Of a stretch of 64,000 bases of DNA, positions 20,989 to 30,360 are shown one piece after another. The translations under genes were made by a program, and so were the position numbers. Positions within the stretch are counted from its first letter, which is position 1, and each line of letters begins with the position of its first letter. Under the pieces are notes generated by a model, which was not told the DNA's origin, made no database searches, and saw nothing but the letters and a program-made list of their open reading frames with translations. Source of the stretch: an uncultured Methanomicrobiales archaeon (GTDB lineage: Archaea > Halobacteriota > Methanomicrobia > Methanomicrobiales > Methanospirillaceae); NCBI GenBank assembly GCA_963758915.1, contig CAVWXH010000009.1:160001-224000 (forward strand), given 5' to 3'.

Positions 20989-21426
20989 CTGGTATGAAAA
21001 ACTCTGCGAGAACCTCATGCCGGCCAACTTTTCATATTCATCTATGAACCGAAGGCTCATAGCACGCTCTGTAGAAACACACATGAACGGGAAATTCACA
21101 CCCGAAACATGACCCTTTCAAAATCTCGTTATATCGGGGTTTCTTAAACTATTTTCATGGGAAATCCTGTGAAACTTAAAAAAGGTTTACAAAACTGCTT
21201 AGACAGGAGGGGGTTTCACCCCCTCCCTGCCCCACCCCCAACAAGATACTCTTTGGGCAGGGTTTACTAAAAACCGATTAAATTAAGAGTTTCTCGGAAT
21301 AGTCTCTATCCCAACCGGGGTCGCCACAGCGGCGGGGCATAGCCCCAGGAGCGTTGGAAAATTAATGAATAGACCGAAACGGTAAGGACATGGGATGGGC
21401 AGAAAGGAACAGACAATTTTGAGGGC
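20989..21426 (+). repeat. Dispersed structured repeat, copy A (full, plus upstream accessory module 20989-21065)
   Basis: GCTCTGTAGAAACACACATGAA...AGACAGGAGGGGGTTTCACCCCCTCCCTGCCCC...GGGCAGGG...ATCCCAACCGGGGTCGCC..GGCGGGGC..GCCCC, colinear with 59037-59377. Confidence 0.9.
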
Positions 21427-21439
21427 TTCCGGAGGTAAT

Positions 21440-22039
21440 TTATTTATCCTTCCGGAAAAATTTCAGCATATCCCGGTTGCTCATGAGGTATCTTGATTTC
21501 CTATCAGGAAAAACTCCTTCTGCTGCGGATTTCACGTCCTCTATTGAATAAAACGCATTCGGCTGGAACTGCCTAATTATTCCGGTCACCCGGCCTGCAT
21601 CCTGCCGTTTGATTACCATGAAGAGGACCTGCACCGGGCCGCTGGAGCCCTCCGCACCGATAACCGTTACGCCGTAATCATGGGCACGTAAATATCCCAC
21701 CATCTCGTTTGCCTCCTGGTTTGTAATTACCCGGACAATTACCGTACCAAGTGATAATTTTTCCTCAATTGCCATTCCGACAAAAGTACCGGTTGCAAAC
21801 CCGGCTCCATAGGCGATATACGACGCGACATTCGTGACATTATTCATCACCTGCCCGATGGCAAGGAGCCAGATAATCACCTCGAAAAACCCGATAACAG
21901 GAGCGATATACTTGAACCCTTTTGATATGAAAATTACCCTTATAGTACCAAGCGTTACGTCACATATACGGGCGAAAAAAATCAGGAGGGGGAGGACGAC
22001 CCATGCAAAAAAGGGGGTTAAGGTAGCAGCGTCGGTCAT
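21440..22039 (-). CDS. DUF2179/DUF5698-type membrane protein
   Basis: IFFARICDVTLGTIR, GFFEVIIW, YGAGFATG, YGVT..AEG. Confidence 0.85.
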   Translation of the reverse strand: MTDAATLTPFFAWVVLPLLIFFARICDVTLGTIRVIFISKGFKYIAPVIGFFEVIIWLLAIGQVMNNVTNVASYIAYGAGFATGTFVGMAIEEKLSLGTVIVRVITNQEANEMVGYLRAHDYGVTVIGAEGSSGPVQVLFMVIKRQDAGRVTGIIRQFQPNAFYSIEDVKSAAEGVFPDRKSRYLMSNRDMLKFFRKDK

Positions 22040-22233
22040 TCCGGGTTTCCACCGTTCATTTCGTATTTACTAATTGTATTCGCTTCTATAACAATCGTGC
22101 CTTGTCCTGCCCCTGGCAGTACAGGATGTACAATTTCAAATCACTAGTCCCTGGTCATCTGACAGATTCCCGAACGAGAAAGAGACCACCTAAATATACC
22201 ACGTAACAGGGAAAAATGGAAGAAGCAGGGGAC

Positions 22234-23085
22234 CTACATTTTTTCCTTGAGAATCTCATCGATCCGTTTCCTGCGGTCAGTGTTGTCCGGCTGATGGGCA
22301 AAAACCCGGTCCTCGTAGGTCGGCATTACCTGTTGATAGAAAAGTCCCAGTGCTATCCTGGCATCACCATTATAGTCCCATTCCCGGGCCTTCCGAAATG
22401 CCATTTCAAATCCGGATGTATCATGGTCTTCCAGGTCATAGAGCCTTTCATTGTAATAATCGGTCATGTTGTTGTACGTCGCACAGATCTGTAGGACATC
22501 AATGAAAGAGAAACCACGGTGCAACAGCCCCTGTTTCACCAGGGACCGTAATTGTTCCATCTTCCTCGTGTAACCACGCGCAACGAACGTCGCACCACTT
22601 GCGAGCATCAGTTCGAGGGGGTTTATCGGGAGTTCTGTTGTGCCGCCGGGCGTTGAGCGCCCCCGGAACCCTAAGGGGGAGGTTGGTGTATACTGGCCGG
22701 TTGTAAGCCCGTATACCCGGTTATTATGAATAATCACGGTAATATCGGCATTCCGTTTCGCAGCAAATATGAGGTGGTCAAGACCTTCGGCATAGCAGTC
22801 CCCGTCCCCGGCACAGCATATGACCTTCAGCCGCGGGTTTGCCAGTTTAATCCCGATTGCAGCCGGGATCGTCCGACCGTGGATAGAATAAAAACTGTTT
22901 ACGTTCAGGTAGTCGGCCATCTTCGCGTGGCAGCCAATCCCGGTCACAAGGACGACATCATCAAGTGACATCCCGGACTGTTCAAGTTCCCCGAGCACGG
23001 ACTTCAATGCAAACTGGAGTGAGAAGTTGCCACATCCCGGGCACCAGGTGTTCTGTGCCGGGGTAATCAGGTTACGCCCGGTCAT
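22234..23085 (-). CDS. 2-oxoacid:ferredoxin oxidoreductase beta subunit
   Basis: WCPGCGN, GIGC, HGR, GDGD, NN.VYGLT.GQ.TPT. Confidence 0.93.
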   Translation of the reverse strand: MTGRNLITPAQNTWCPGCGNFSLQFALKSVLGELEQSGMSLDDVVLVTGIGCHAKMADYLNVNSFYSIHGRTIPAAIGIKLANPRLKVICCAGDGDCYAEGLDHLIFAAKRNADITVIIHNNRVYGLTTGQYTPTSPLGFRGRSTPGGTTELPINPLELMLASGATFVARGYTRKMEQLRSLVKQGLLHRGFSFIDVLQICATYNNMTDYYNERLYDLEDHDTSGFEMAFRKAREWDYNGDARIALGLFYQQVMPTYEDRVFAHQPDNTDRRKRIDEILKEKM

Positions 23086-24746
23086 TTCAACACCTCCATG
23101 ACCCTGCCGCGAAGTTCACCGACCGAAAACGGCCTCCCATCGTATCTGAGCACCTGTTTGTCCACGATAATGCGATGGCTTGCAAGGAGGGAGGCCAGCT
23201 GACCATCCATGTTATCCTCGACAGATACCAGCCGTTTTACACCTGAAAGAGCCTCTTTCATCTGGCGGAGCGGGAACGGGGAGAGAACCACCGGTTGAAT
23301 AACACGAAGTCCAAGCAATCCTGCGACCTCGCAGGCCACCCCTTTATTTGAACCCCATGCCATAAGGGCCACCGGGCTGCTGCGATCCCCATACGTCCTC
23401 ACCGCCTCGAGACGGTCAATCTCTTCCAACAGTCGTGCCCCCTTTTTCACCCTCTTTTCTGCCATGATCACGGAAATTCCCCCATCTTCGGTAGAGAGGC
23501 CTGTCTCGTCATGGGTATAACTGGTTATCTTGACAACCGTGTCGGGTGTACCGGGAAAGGCAGACGGGGAGACTCCCGATCCGGTCAGCCTGTAGCGCCC
23601 ATACGCCGGACCGGTAACCAGCCCTTCACCTGTAATTTCTGGATCAGGGTGAAATTCCCCGAGTTCTTTCCTGTCGAAACTGTAGGTACCTTCATTTAGC
23701 GTTTTATCGCCGAGAATAATGGCAGGGATTTGGTATTTCCACGCAAGTTGCACAGCGAGTGAGGCCCACACAAATGACTCCTCGGCATCACCGGGAGCGA
23801 CAATGAGACGCGGGAACTCCCCTTGTCCTGCATGCAGGACGAAATTGAGCTCGGACTGGCCGGTATACGTTGGAAGGCCGGTACTAGGTCCTGTCCGCTG
23901 CCCGACAATAATGACGACCGGGATCTCAGACTGGCCAGCAAATGAGAGCCCTTCGGTCATCAGGCAGAACCCACCCCCGGATGTCCCGACGGCAGCTTTT
24001 TTCCCGGCATACGCAAATCCGAGCGCCATGATAATAACCCCGATCTCATTTTCCGGGTGAACCACCGTCAGCGGAAGGTGTGGTGCCTGTTCTGCGAGGA
24101 AGTGGAGGAGGTTGGAAGTCGGCGTCATGGGGTATGAGATGTAAGCATCCAAACCACCATTGATAAGGCCAAGGCCCATCGCTTCATTTCCGGTGACGAC
24201 TGGCAGGTGCCCCGGACCGATAACCGGAACGACCCGTTTTGTTTGTGCTACATCATAGGCCTTTCGTGCTACAGAGAGGTTTTTCCCCGTCTCCTTCGGC
24301 AGGTGCCTGCGGAAGACCTCTTCGATCACACTCCATTGTATACCAGCTGTTTTTGCAAAAGCACCGATGATTGCCGAGTTGCCCATGATCAGCGGGGCAT
24401 TTTCTTCATTGAGGATCCCGCTGACAGGAACGGGAGTGCCGGTTGCCCTGGTGGCATTACCAGCATCATATATGATCTCAGTGTCCGGCCGCATCATGCC
24501 GGTATGAACGTCAATGGTATCATTATTCAATGCGAGAAGAAAGTCAGCAGTCTCACGGTGCGCCCCGATTTTATGTTCAGATGCCCTTACGATAGCAAAA
24601 TTATGGCCTCCCTTGATGAGGGAGGGGTAATCAAAATACATATACACCCGGTAACCGAGATGGTTGAACAGGTGGGCAATCGTAAGACCTGCACTGTTGA
24701 TTCCGTCCCCGGCTTTTCCTCCGATCAGGACTGATATGTCGTTCAT
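23082..24746 (-). CDS. 2-oxoacid:ferredoxin oxidoreductase alpha subunit (gamma-alpha fusion)
   Basis: GGKAGDG, YPMTP, TSGGGF.LM.E, QR.GPSTGLPT. Confidence 0.93.
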   Translation of the reverse strand: MNDISVLIGGKAGDGINSAGLTIAHLFNHLGYRVYMYFDYPSLIKGGHNFAIVRASEHKIGAHRETADFLLALNNDTIDVHTGMMRPDTEIIYDAGNATRATGTPVPVSGILNEENAPLIMGNSAIIGAFAKTAGIQWSVIEEVFRRHLPKETGKNLSVARKAYDVAQTKRVVPVIGPGHLPVVTGNEAMGLGLINGGLDAYISYPMTPTSNLLHFLAEQAPHLPLTVVHPENEIGVIIMALGFAYAGKKAAVGTSGGGFCLMTEGLSFAGQSEIPVVIIVGQRTGPSTGLPTYTGQSELNFVLHAGQGEFPRLIVAPGDAEESFVWASLAVQLAWKYQIPAIILGDKTLNEGTYSFDRKELGEFHPDPEITGEGLVTGPAYGRYRLTGSGVSPSAFPGTPDTVVKITSYTHDETGLSTEDGGISVIMAEKRVKKGARLLEEIDRLEAVRTYGDRSSPVALMAWGSNKGVACEVAGLLGLRVIQPVVLSPFPLRQMKEALSGVKRLVSVEDNMDGQLASLLASHRIIVDKQVLRYDGRPFSVGELRGRVMEVLK

Positions 24747-24972
24747 GGTACCTCCCCTTGGCACACGAATGTGTGTCCCTGCGAGAAATTATAGGTTCCT
24801 GACTGTCCGGAGAAACAGGCATAATGTCACCAGGACGTTTCCTGACCAGTCTACATGAATCGGAAAGATGCGCTATGCATATCTAACAAGATAGGGGCAT
24901 CGGTTGTTGATCAGGGCGGCAAATCGCACCATATGGACAGAAAATGCTCTGTTCCCTGATAACGGAAAAAAG

Positions 24973-25251
24973 TTATTTTGGCTTTTTCTGCCGTAATTCC
25001 GAGGCCATTTCGGGGTCCGGTACCCGGATCAGGAACGTCCCATAACAGGGCTTTGTATAGGGTATAATTACGTCGTCCCCGTCAACGGCGATGTAGAGCG
25101 GGGGTACGCCGATAAGATGCTTTTCAAATATCTTGTACCCGGGCAATACCACGAAATGTTCAGGAAAGTGCGACAGGATATATTCCCGACATTCCTTGAA
25201 CGTCGTATCCCGCATTATAATCTCATGTTTCATAGATTCGAGACAACCCAT
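24973..25251 (-). CDS. DUF1894 family protein
   Basis: FKECREYI, PYTKPCYGTF; paired with DUF1890 as is typical in methanogens. Confidence 0.8.
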   Translation of the reverse strand: MGCLESMKHEIIMRDTTFKECREYILSHFPEHFVVLPGYKIFEKHLIGVPPLYIAVDGDDVIIPYTKPCYGTFLIRVPDPEMASELRQKKPK

Positions 25252-25709
25252 GGGAACACCTCGTCAATTTTGGCCTTAAGCGGCATCGGGTTATGCACTG
25301 CATTTACTGCAATTATTTCGGCAGGAAAATCCACCGAGGAGGCCACTTCCTGGTAATGCTCACCAAAGATGATCAGGATTTGGGCGGCCGGGGAAATCGC
25401 CTTTACCGTTGCCGCGTAGGTGAGGCCGGCATCATTATGAATAAACGAAAAACAGTAATGGAAGTCCCGCTTTTTCTCCGCGAGCTGGGCAATACACCGG
25501 TCGATATCAATCACCTCGCCGATATAGTGGCGGTCAGGGTCTGCGACTTCGATATTCGTTCTCGCCGCCCGGTTCCCGGTGATCACCGTGGTTATTCCCT
25601 GCTTGCGGAGCTTACTGGCGAGGTATAATGCCGCACTTGTCTGTATCGGTACCTGCGGGCACCCAAGGAGGAGAAGCGCGTCCCGCGGCCCTGTTTTCGT
25701 ATCCGGCAA
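25230..25709 (-). CDS. DUF1890 family protein
   Basis: LLGCPQVPIQ, ADPDRHY, FIHNDAG, AVHNPMPL. Confidence 0.85.
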   Translation of the reverse strand: MPDTKTGPRDALLLLGCPQVPIQTSAALYLASKLRKQGITTVITGNRAARTNIEVADPDRHYIGEVIDIDRCIAQLAEKKRDFHYCFSFIHNDAGLTYAATVKAISPAAQILIIFGEHYQEVASSVDFPAEIIAVNAVHNPMPLKAKIDEVFPWVVSNL

Positions 25710-25859
25710 TTCGATCTACCTTATGTAAACTAGCGGGCTCCTCTTATTTCAATAGTGCGAGTTATGCCGGCCGGGCAGGGAACATAACGCATATCCCCAT
25801 GTGGCAGACCGTGAATGGTACGATAGGTATAGGGAGTACGATCAGTCGTGCCGTTTTAA

Positions 25860-26201
25860 TCAGCCGGACGGACTATCCTTCGCCAGTTCATCGTTAAGCC
25901 AGGCGAGATAGGGTGGAAATCCCCCTGTGACAGGAATGACAATCATTTCAGGGAGTTCATACGTGTGGAGACGCCGGATGGCATCCATCACCACAGTCTT
26001 TTTTGAATCCATTGTCTTGATAATCAGGAGGGTCTCGGCATCCTCGCAGAATTCCCCTTTCCAATGGTAATATGACGAAATTCCGGTCATGTTCACGCAT
26101 GCAGCAATTCTTTCCCCGACGAGGGCTCGCGCAATGGCCTTCGCATTGTCAGGAGATGCAGTGGAGAGGATAATAACCGGGACATCAGTTGGCTGATTCA
26201 T
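25860..26201 (-). CDS. cutA: Divalent-cation tolerance protein CutA
   Basis: AACVN, SYYHWKG, LIIKT, HTYELPE. Confidence 0.92.
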   Translation of the reverse strand: MNQPTDVPVIILSTASPDNAKAIARALVGERIAACVNMTGISSYYHWKGEFCEDAETLLIIKTMDSKKTVVMDAIRRLHTYELPEMIVIPVTGGFPPYLAWLNDELAKDSPSG

Positions 26202-26524
26202 TTTCTGCTCAATCGTTCATTATGAGCAGCCCGATATATGAACCAGACGGCAGGCACGGAAATAATGTTCCGAAACCATCGAAAAAATCCCTGACTGGCA
26301 GATTTAATGAATGTAGGGTTTCAATCGGAACAAATTATGTACACAGTAAGGACACTCATGTTCGGGTATTGGTGTTTTTACCGTATCAGAGAAAACATCT
26401 AAAAGATTGATACAATCACCGGTCGGGATAACCCGGACCCGGTACTGAAGAGATATTCAGGGAATATTTATCTGGATTCTCTGATAATCATCAAAAATTG
26501 ACCATACACCATTAAGGTATCAGT

Positions 26525-27274
26525 ATGATCGACCATGAGATCAAGGATGCAGTCCGGAAGAGCTGGGACCACTCCTCAGTTATGTATGACAGCTGTCCGG
26601 GCCACGGGATCGGTACAGAGGAAGAGAAAGTCGCATGGAAACAGGAACTGGCCCGGAACATACCAGAATCGCCACAAAGGGTACTCGATATAGGGTGCGG
26701 AACAGCTGTTATGGGCCTTCTGTTTGCTGAGATGGGACACCAGGTTACCGGGGTCGACCTTTCGGAAGCGATGATAGCAAAAGCACGTGAGAAAGCTGAT
26801 GCACAAAACCTTCCGATTGAGCTGAGGACAGGGGATGCCGAACACCTTCCCTTCAGTAACGGATCTTTTGACGTGGTTGTCAACCGGCACCTCGTCTGGA
26901 CACTCCCTCACCCGGAGATTGCCCTGGAGGAATGGAACCGTGTCTTAAAAAAAGGGGGTGTGGTGCTCATCATCGAGGGGATCTGGAAGGATAATAGCGT
27001 TTCAATCCGGGTGAAACGAATATTGAGCGACGGGCTGGCAAAGATTTTTGGTCATACCCATGGCGGCCATTATGATGAAAAACTCAGGAGCCAGCTCCCC
27101 TATGATGGGGGAGTGCCGAAGGAAACAATGGTATCCGACCTGGAGCACGCGGGATTCACTGGCATCTGCTACCGGGATTTAATGTACATCCAGAAGATGC
27201 AGAAACCACAACAGCCGTGGTACCGGAGGTTCGCACCAGGCAAGACATACTATATCCTTGCTGCGACGAAATAG
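26525..27274 (+). CDS. Class I SAM-dependent methyltransferase
   Basis: VLDIGCGT, GVDLS..M, GDAEHLPF..SFD, RVLKKGG. Confidence 0.9.
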   Translation: MIDHEIKDAVRKSWDHSSVMYDSCPGHGIGTEEEKVAWKQELARNIPESPQRVLDIGCGTAVMGLLFAEMGHQVTGVDLSEAMIAKAREKADAQNLPIELRTGDAEHLPFSNGSFDVVVNRHLVWTLPHPEIALEEWNRVLKKGGVVLIIEGIWKDNSVSIRVKRILSDGLAKIFGHTHGGHYDEKLRSQLPYDGGVPKETMVSDLEHAGFTGICYRDLMYIQKMQKPQQPWYRRFAPGKTYYILAATK

Positions 27275-27451
27275 AACTGCATTGGGTTCCTTTGATGGAA
27301 ATTTTAAGTTTTATTCGCTTTTTAGTATATCACCGTTAACAGTGTGTTAAAAAAATTTGTAAATAAACGGATATAAAAAAATGTCCCGGAGACATGACAA
27401 AATCCTTTAAGAGCAGATTAATGAGCGTTCATGTTCAATTATTACAGGACT

Positions 27452-27497
27452 TTGTACGAACAACGAACGTATGTGCTCGCTTTTTGCATACTTTTTT
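27452..27497 (+). repeat. dapL-start/hairpin junction repeat, partial copy (hairpin arm only)
   Basis: TGTACGAACAACGAACGTATGTGCTCGCTTTTTGCATACTTTTT resembles 29153-29196. Confidence 0.8.
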
Positions 27498-27661
27498 TAT
27501 CCCACTCCCTGCCCTACTAAGCCTAATAAGCGGGGCTAAACCGCCGGTGCCTCCTGTCCGCAACCCTTCGGCTTCGCGAAAGGATTTCGCCTGGTGAAAT
27601 CATGGAGCGGAAACCAGGAGGCCAAAAATATATTTAATACCGTTCAACGTGACTACCCAAA

Positions 27662-28402
27662 TTATTCCGCTGTAATCCGGTCATAGAAAACCGCTGCACA
27701 CACTGCACCAACAACGGGCCCGATTATGTAAATGGGGAATAATACCCAGAGGTTCGGTCCACCCAGGGCCCAGTCCATGATATAAGGCCCGAATGTTCTT
27801 GCCGGGTTGAGAGATGCTCCGGCAATATTACCCGTCGCAGTGATCATGCCGGCAACCGTAAGACCAATGATAAGCCCGGCGAACCCTGGCGGGGCCTGCT
27901 TGTCCACCGCCACACCCATGATCACCAGCATCAGAACAAACGTTGCGATAGCCTCTACGAGAATGGCCTGCCCGTACCCGATACCGGGGAACGGAGTGGT
28001 TGCCCCAAGTCCCCCGATTGTAACGGCAGCCATTCCTATCGTCAGGAAAAACAACAGGCTCCCGATGGCAGCCCCGATACACTGGGCAACCACGTATACG
28101 GCTGTGTCACGGGTTGGGAACCGTTTCGTCACCCAGAGCGCAATAGTCACAGCAGGGTTAATATGCGCCCCGGAAACGCGTCCAAGTGAGTAGATAACGG
28201 CTGCAATGACAATACCAAACGTAATCCCGATAGCAAACCAGTCAGCAAGTCCCCCAAGCATACCGATCCCGATGTTGAAACTTGTCGCCGGTTTCAATCC
28301 GTTCGCAAGCATCAGGGTAATTGCCGCGGCCCCTGCACCGAAATACACCAGGAGCATCGTACCGACGCCTTCTGCAATACTGCGGGATGTGAGTGATACC
28401 AT
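27662..28402 (-). CDS. MIP-family channel (aquaporin, AqpM-like)
   Basis: SGAHINPAVT and GASLNPART NPA boxes, six hydrophobic segments; ATG 28402. Confidence 0.93.
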   Translation of the reverse strand: MVSLTSRSIAEGVGTMLLVYFGAGAAAITLMLANGLKPATSFNIGIGMLGGLADWFAIGITFGIVIAAVIYSLGRVSGAHINPAVTIALWVTKRFPTRDTAVYVVAQCIGAAIGSLLFFLTIGMAAVTIGGLGATTPFPGIGYGQAILVEAIATFVLMLVIMGVAVDKQAPPGFAGLIIGLTVAGMITATGNIAGASLNPARTFGPYIMDWALGGPNLWVLFPIYIIGPVVGAVCAAVFYDRITAE

Positions 28403-28614
28403 TACTTTCCATCCCCATAAGCAGCATTGCAGTCCGGGCAGAGCATCCGGGGCATTTTTCCCGGAAGTTTTTTCGAGGGAAGCGGGTAACCCCCCTCCCA
28501 CACATCGATTTCTTTTCTGATCGTATGCTTCATACAGGTCCCCATACCGCAGGCAACACATACAGCCACGGCGTCACTTTCTGTTCCTTCCTTTGCACAA
28601 ACGTAACATTTCAT
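28402..28614 (-). CDS. Cys-rich small protein (DUF2180 family)
   Basis: MKCYVC, CVACGMGTCMKH, LCPDC; TAATG stop/start overlap with the MIP gene. Confidence 0.85.
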   Translation of the reverse strand: MKCYVCAKEGTESDAVAVCVACGMGTCMKHTIRKEIDVWEGGYPLPSKKLPGKMPRMLCPDCNAAYGDGK

Positions 28615-28800
28615 ACTTTTTCACCTGTCTCCATCATCATAATTGACCCACCTTCTCATATCAGAAAAGGCGGTTTTTCATATTCGTGTATAAGAATGGT
28701 ATTTACCATTGAGCAGGATGAACATTTCGAAAAAAATATTGCGCACTTATAAAGGAAATGCTCAATATTCCCTGTTATAGAAAAATATTCAATTATTTGG

Positions 28801-28890
28801 GCTCTGTAGAAACACACATGAACGGGAAGTTCACACCCAAAACATGAAAATGCCCTTTCTACAATTTCTTCATATTGACGTTTGTTCAGG
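28801..28890 (+). repeat. Dispersed structured repeat, copy F (left-end fragment)
   Basis: GCTCTGTAGAAACACACATGAACGGGAAGTTCACACCCAAAACATGAAAATGCCCT resembles 59037-59092. Confidence 0.85.
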
Positions 28891-29079
28891 CAGGGACAAA
28901 TAATATTCCGACAAGTGCGATGATAACAAGAATCGAAACATAATGATTTAAGGATTTATTGGCCTTTGTCAAAGATAGTCCCCCATTATCGATACCTAAG
29001 TCATGGAGTATAATAAATTGTCAGGATATGGCGGGTTCAATGGTTTTTTTCTCACGGATTGTCATTGTTTAAAAATATT

Positions 29080-29250
29080 ACAAGGCAAAAATGACAGTGC
29101 AAGATTACGCTGCCGAAAGGGATGTATCGCATTAAATCAAAATATGTCCCGATGTACGCAAAACGAACGTAGGTGTTCGCTTTTTGCATACTTTTTCATA
29201 CTAATTTTCTTATCGTTTTTTATAGTTTTTTAACATATTACACCGTTCAC
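29080..29250 (+). repeat. dapL-start/hairpin junction repeat, full copy
   Basis: 29107-29165 is identical (59 nt) to 33409-33467, then continues into the hairpin arm shared with 30449-30480. Confidence 0.95.
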
Positions 29251-29344
29251 CGGGATAACAAAAATATTAAAAAAATAACCGATATTTTAAATTTTAATAG
29301 TTAATACAAGTTAATTCACAATTAATCGATGTAAGAGGATCGTT

Positions 29345-30223
29345 ATGGACAAGACACATATTTCAACCCTGGTGATCGCCGTAATGATCTGCCTCCTCGT
29401 GACGGCAGGCTGTACCAGTTCCCCAGGTACCCCGGCACACCCGGTACCGTCACCAGTCAACCCGTAACTCCGGTAGTCAGGGCGCCATCAGCCTGTATCG
29501 TTCAACGCAACCCCTGTCCAGTATGCAAAGGTCAACGGAGTGACGCTGGGATACCGGGAATTCGGAGCAGGTGAACCACTCCTGATGGCCCAGGGATTCG
29601 GGGACACCATTGATGACTGGAATGAGACGTTCATTGGCATCCTCGCCTCGAAATACCATGTATACACCTATGATCACCGGGGAATGGGCTACAGTAGCGA
29701 ATATAACGGGTCACCCACTATTGCACTCTATGCAGATGATGCCGCAAAACTGATTCCTGCACTTGGCTATGACAGCATGAATGTATACGGGGTCTCGATG
29801 GGTTCCTCGGTCTCCCAGCAACTGGTTATCGATCACCCTGAACGCGTACGAAAACTGGTACTGGATTCTGTGACCTACGACATCCGGATACCGGAGACCA
29901 GACTGCTGTACGTCCTCATTGTAACGGAGGGTAACAACCCCAACCAGACCCAGGGCGTTCATCAGGAGTCCCAGGCAAACCTCAACTGGAGCGGGTCCTG
30001 GGACCATCTTTCAGGAATCAATAAGACTGTCATGCTTGTCGTGGGCACCGCGGACGTACTGACTCCACAGAATGTTACGGTCCAGATTGCCGGGCAGATC
30101 AACGGATCGTGGCTCGTGCGGTTCAAGGGACTCCCGCATTTCGGGTCCAAGTATGCACCCGTCCAATACGGGGAGAACGCACTCGATTTCCTCGGCATGA
30201 ATGAGTCCCCGCTGGGAACATGA
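29345..30223 (+). pseudogene. Lipoprotein alpha/beta hydrolase with a disrupted linker
   Basis: ATG 29345 with TAGC lipobox is in frame with the hydrolase (YDHRGMG.S, GVSMG, GLPH), but TAA 29465 and TAG 29474 interrupt the linker. Confidence 0.7.
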
Positions 30224-30360
30224 AATCTTTTATTTTTCGCGGGACCTTTTTGTCCTCCAAAGTTGGGCCTTTTTCCCTATCATGAATGCACAGGCTGATT
30301 AGGCGGATCTGTATACCTACGGCCCCGGTGGATAATGTAAACTTTTTTTTAAAAAACCAA

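Noticed and set aside
21066-21426. Classical MITE or IS call for the dispersed repeat
   Set aside because: No convincing terminal inverted repeats, target-site duplications or transposase were seen, so it is kept as an unclassified repeat.
29465-29476. Pyrrolysine or selenocysteine readthrough in the hydrolase
   Set aside because: The first stop is TAA, which is not recoded; compensating frameshifts explain it better.
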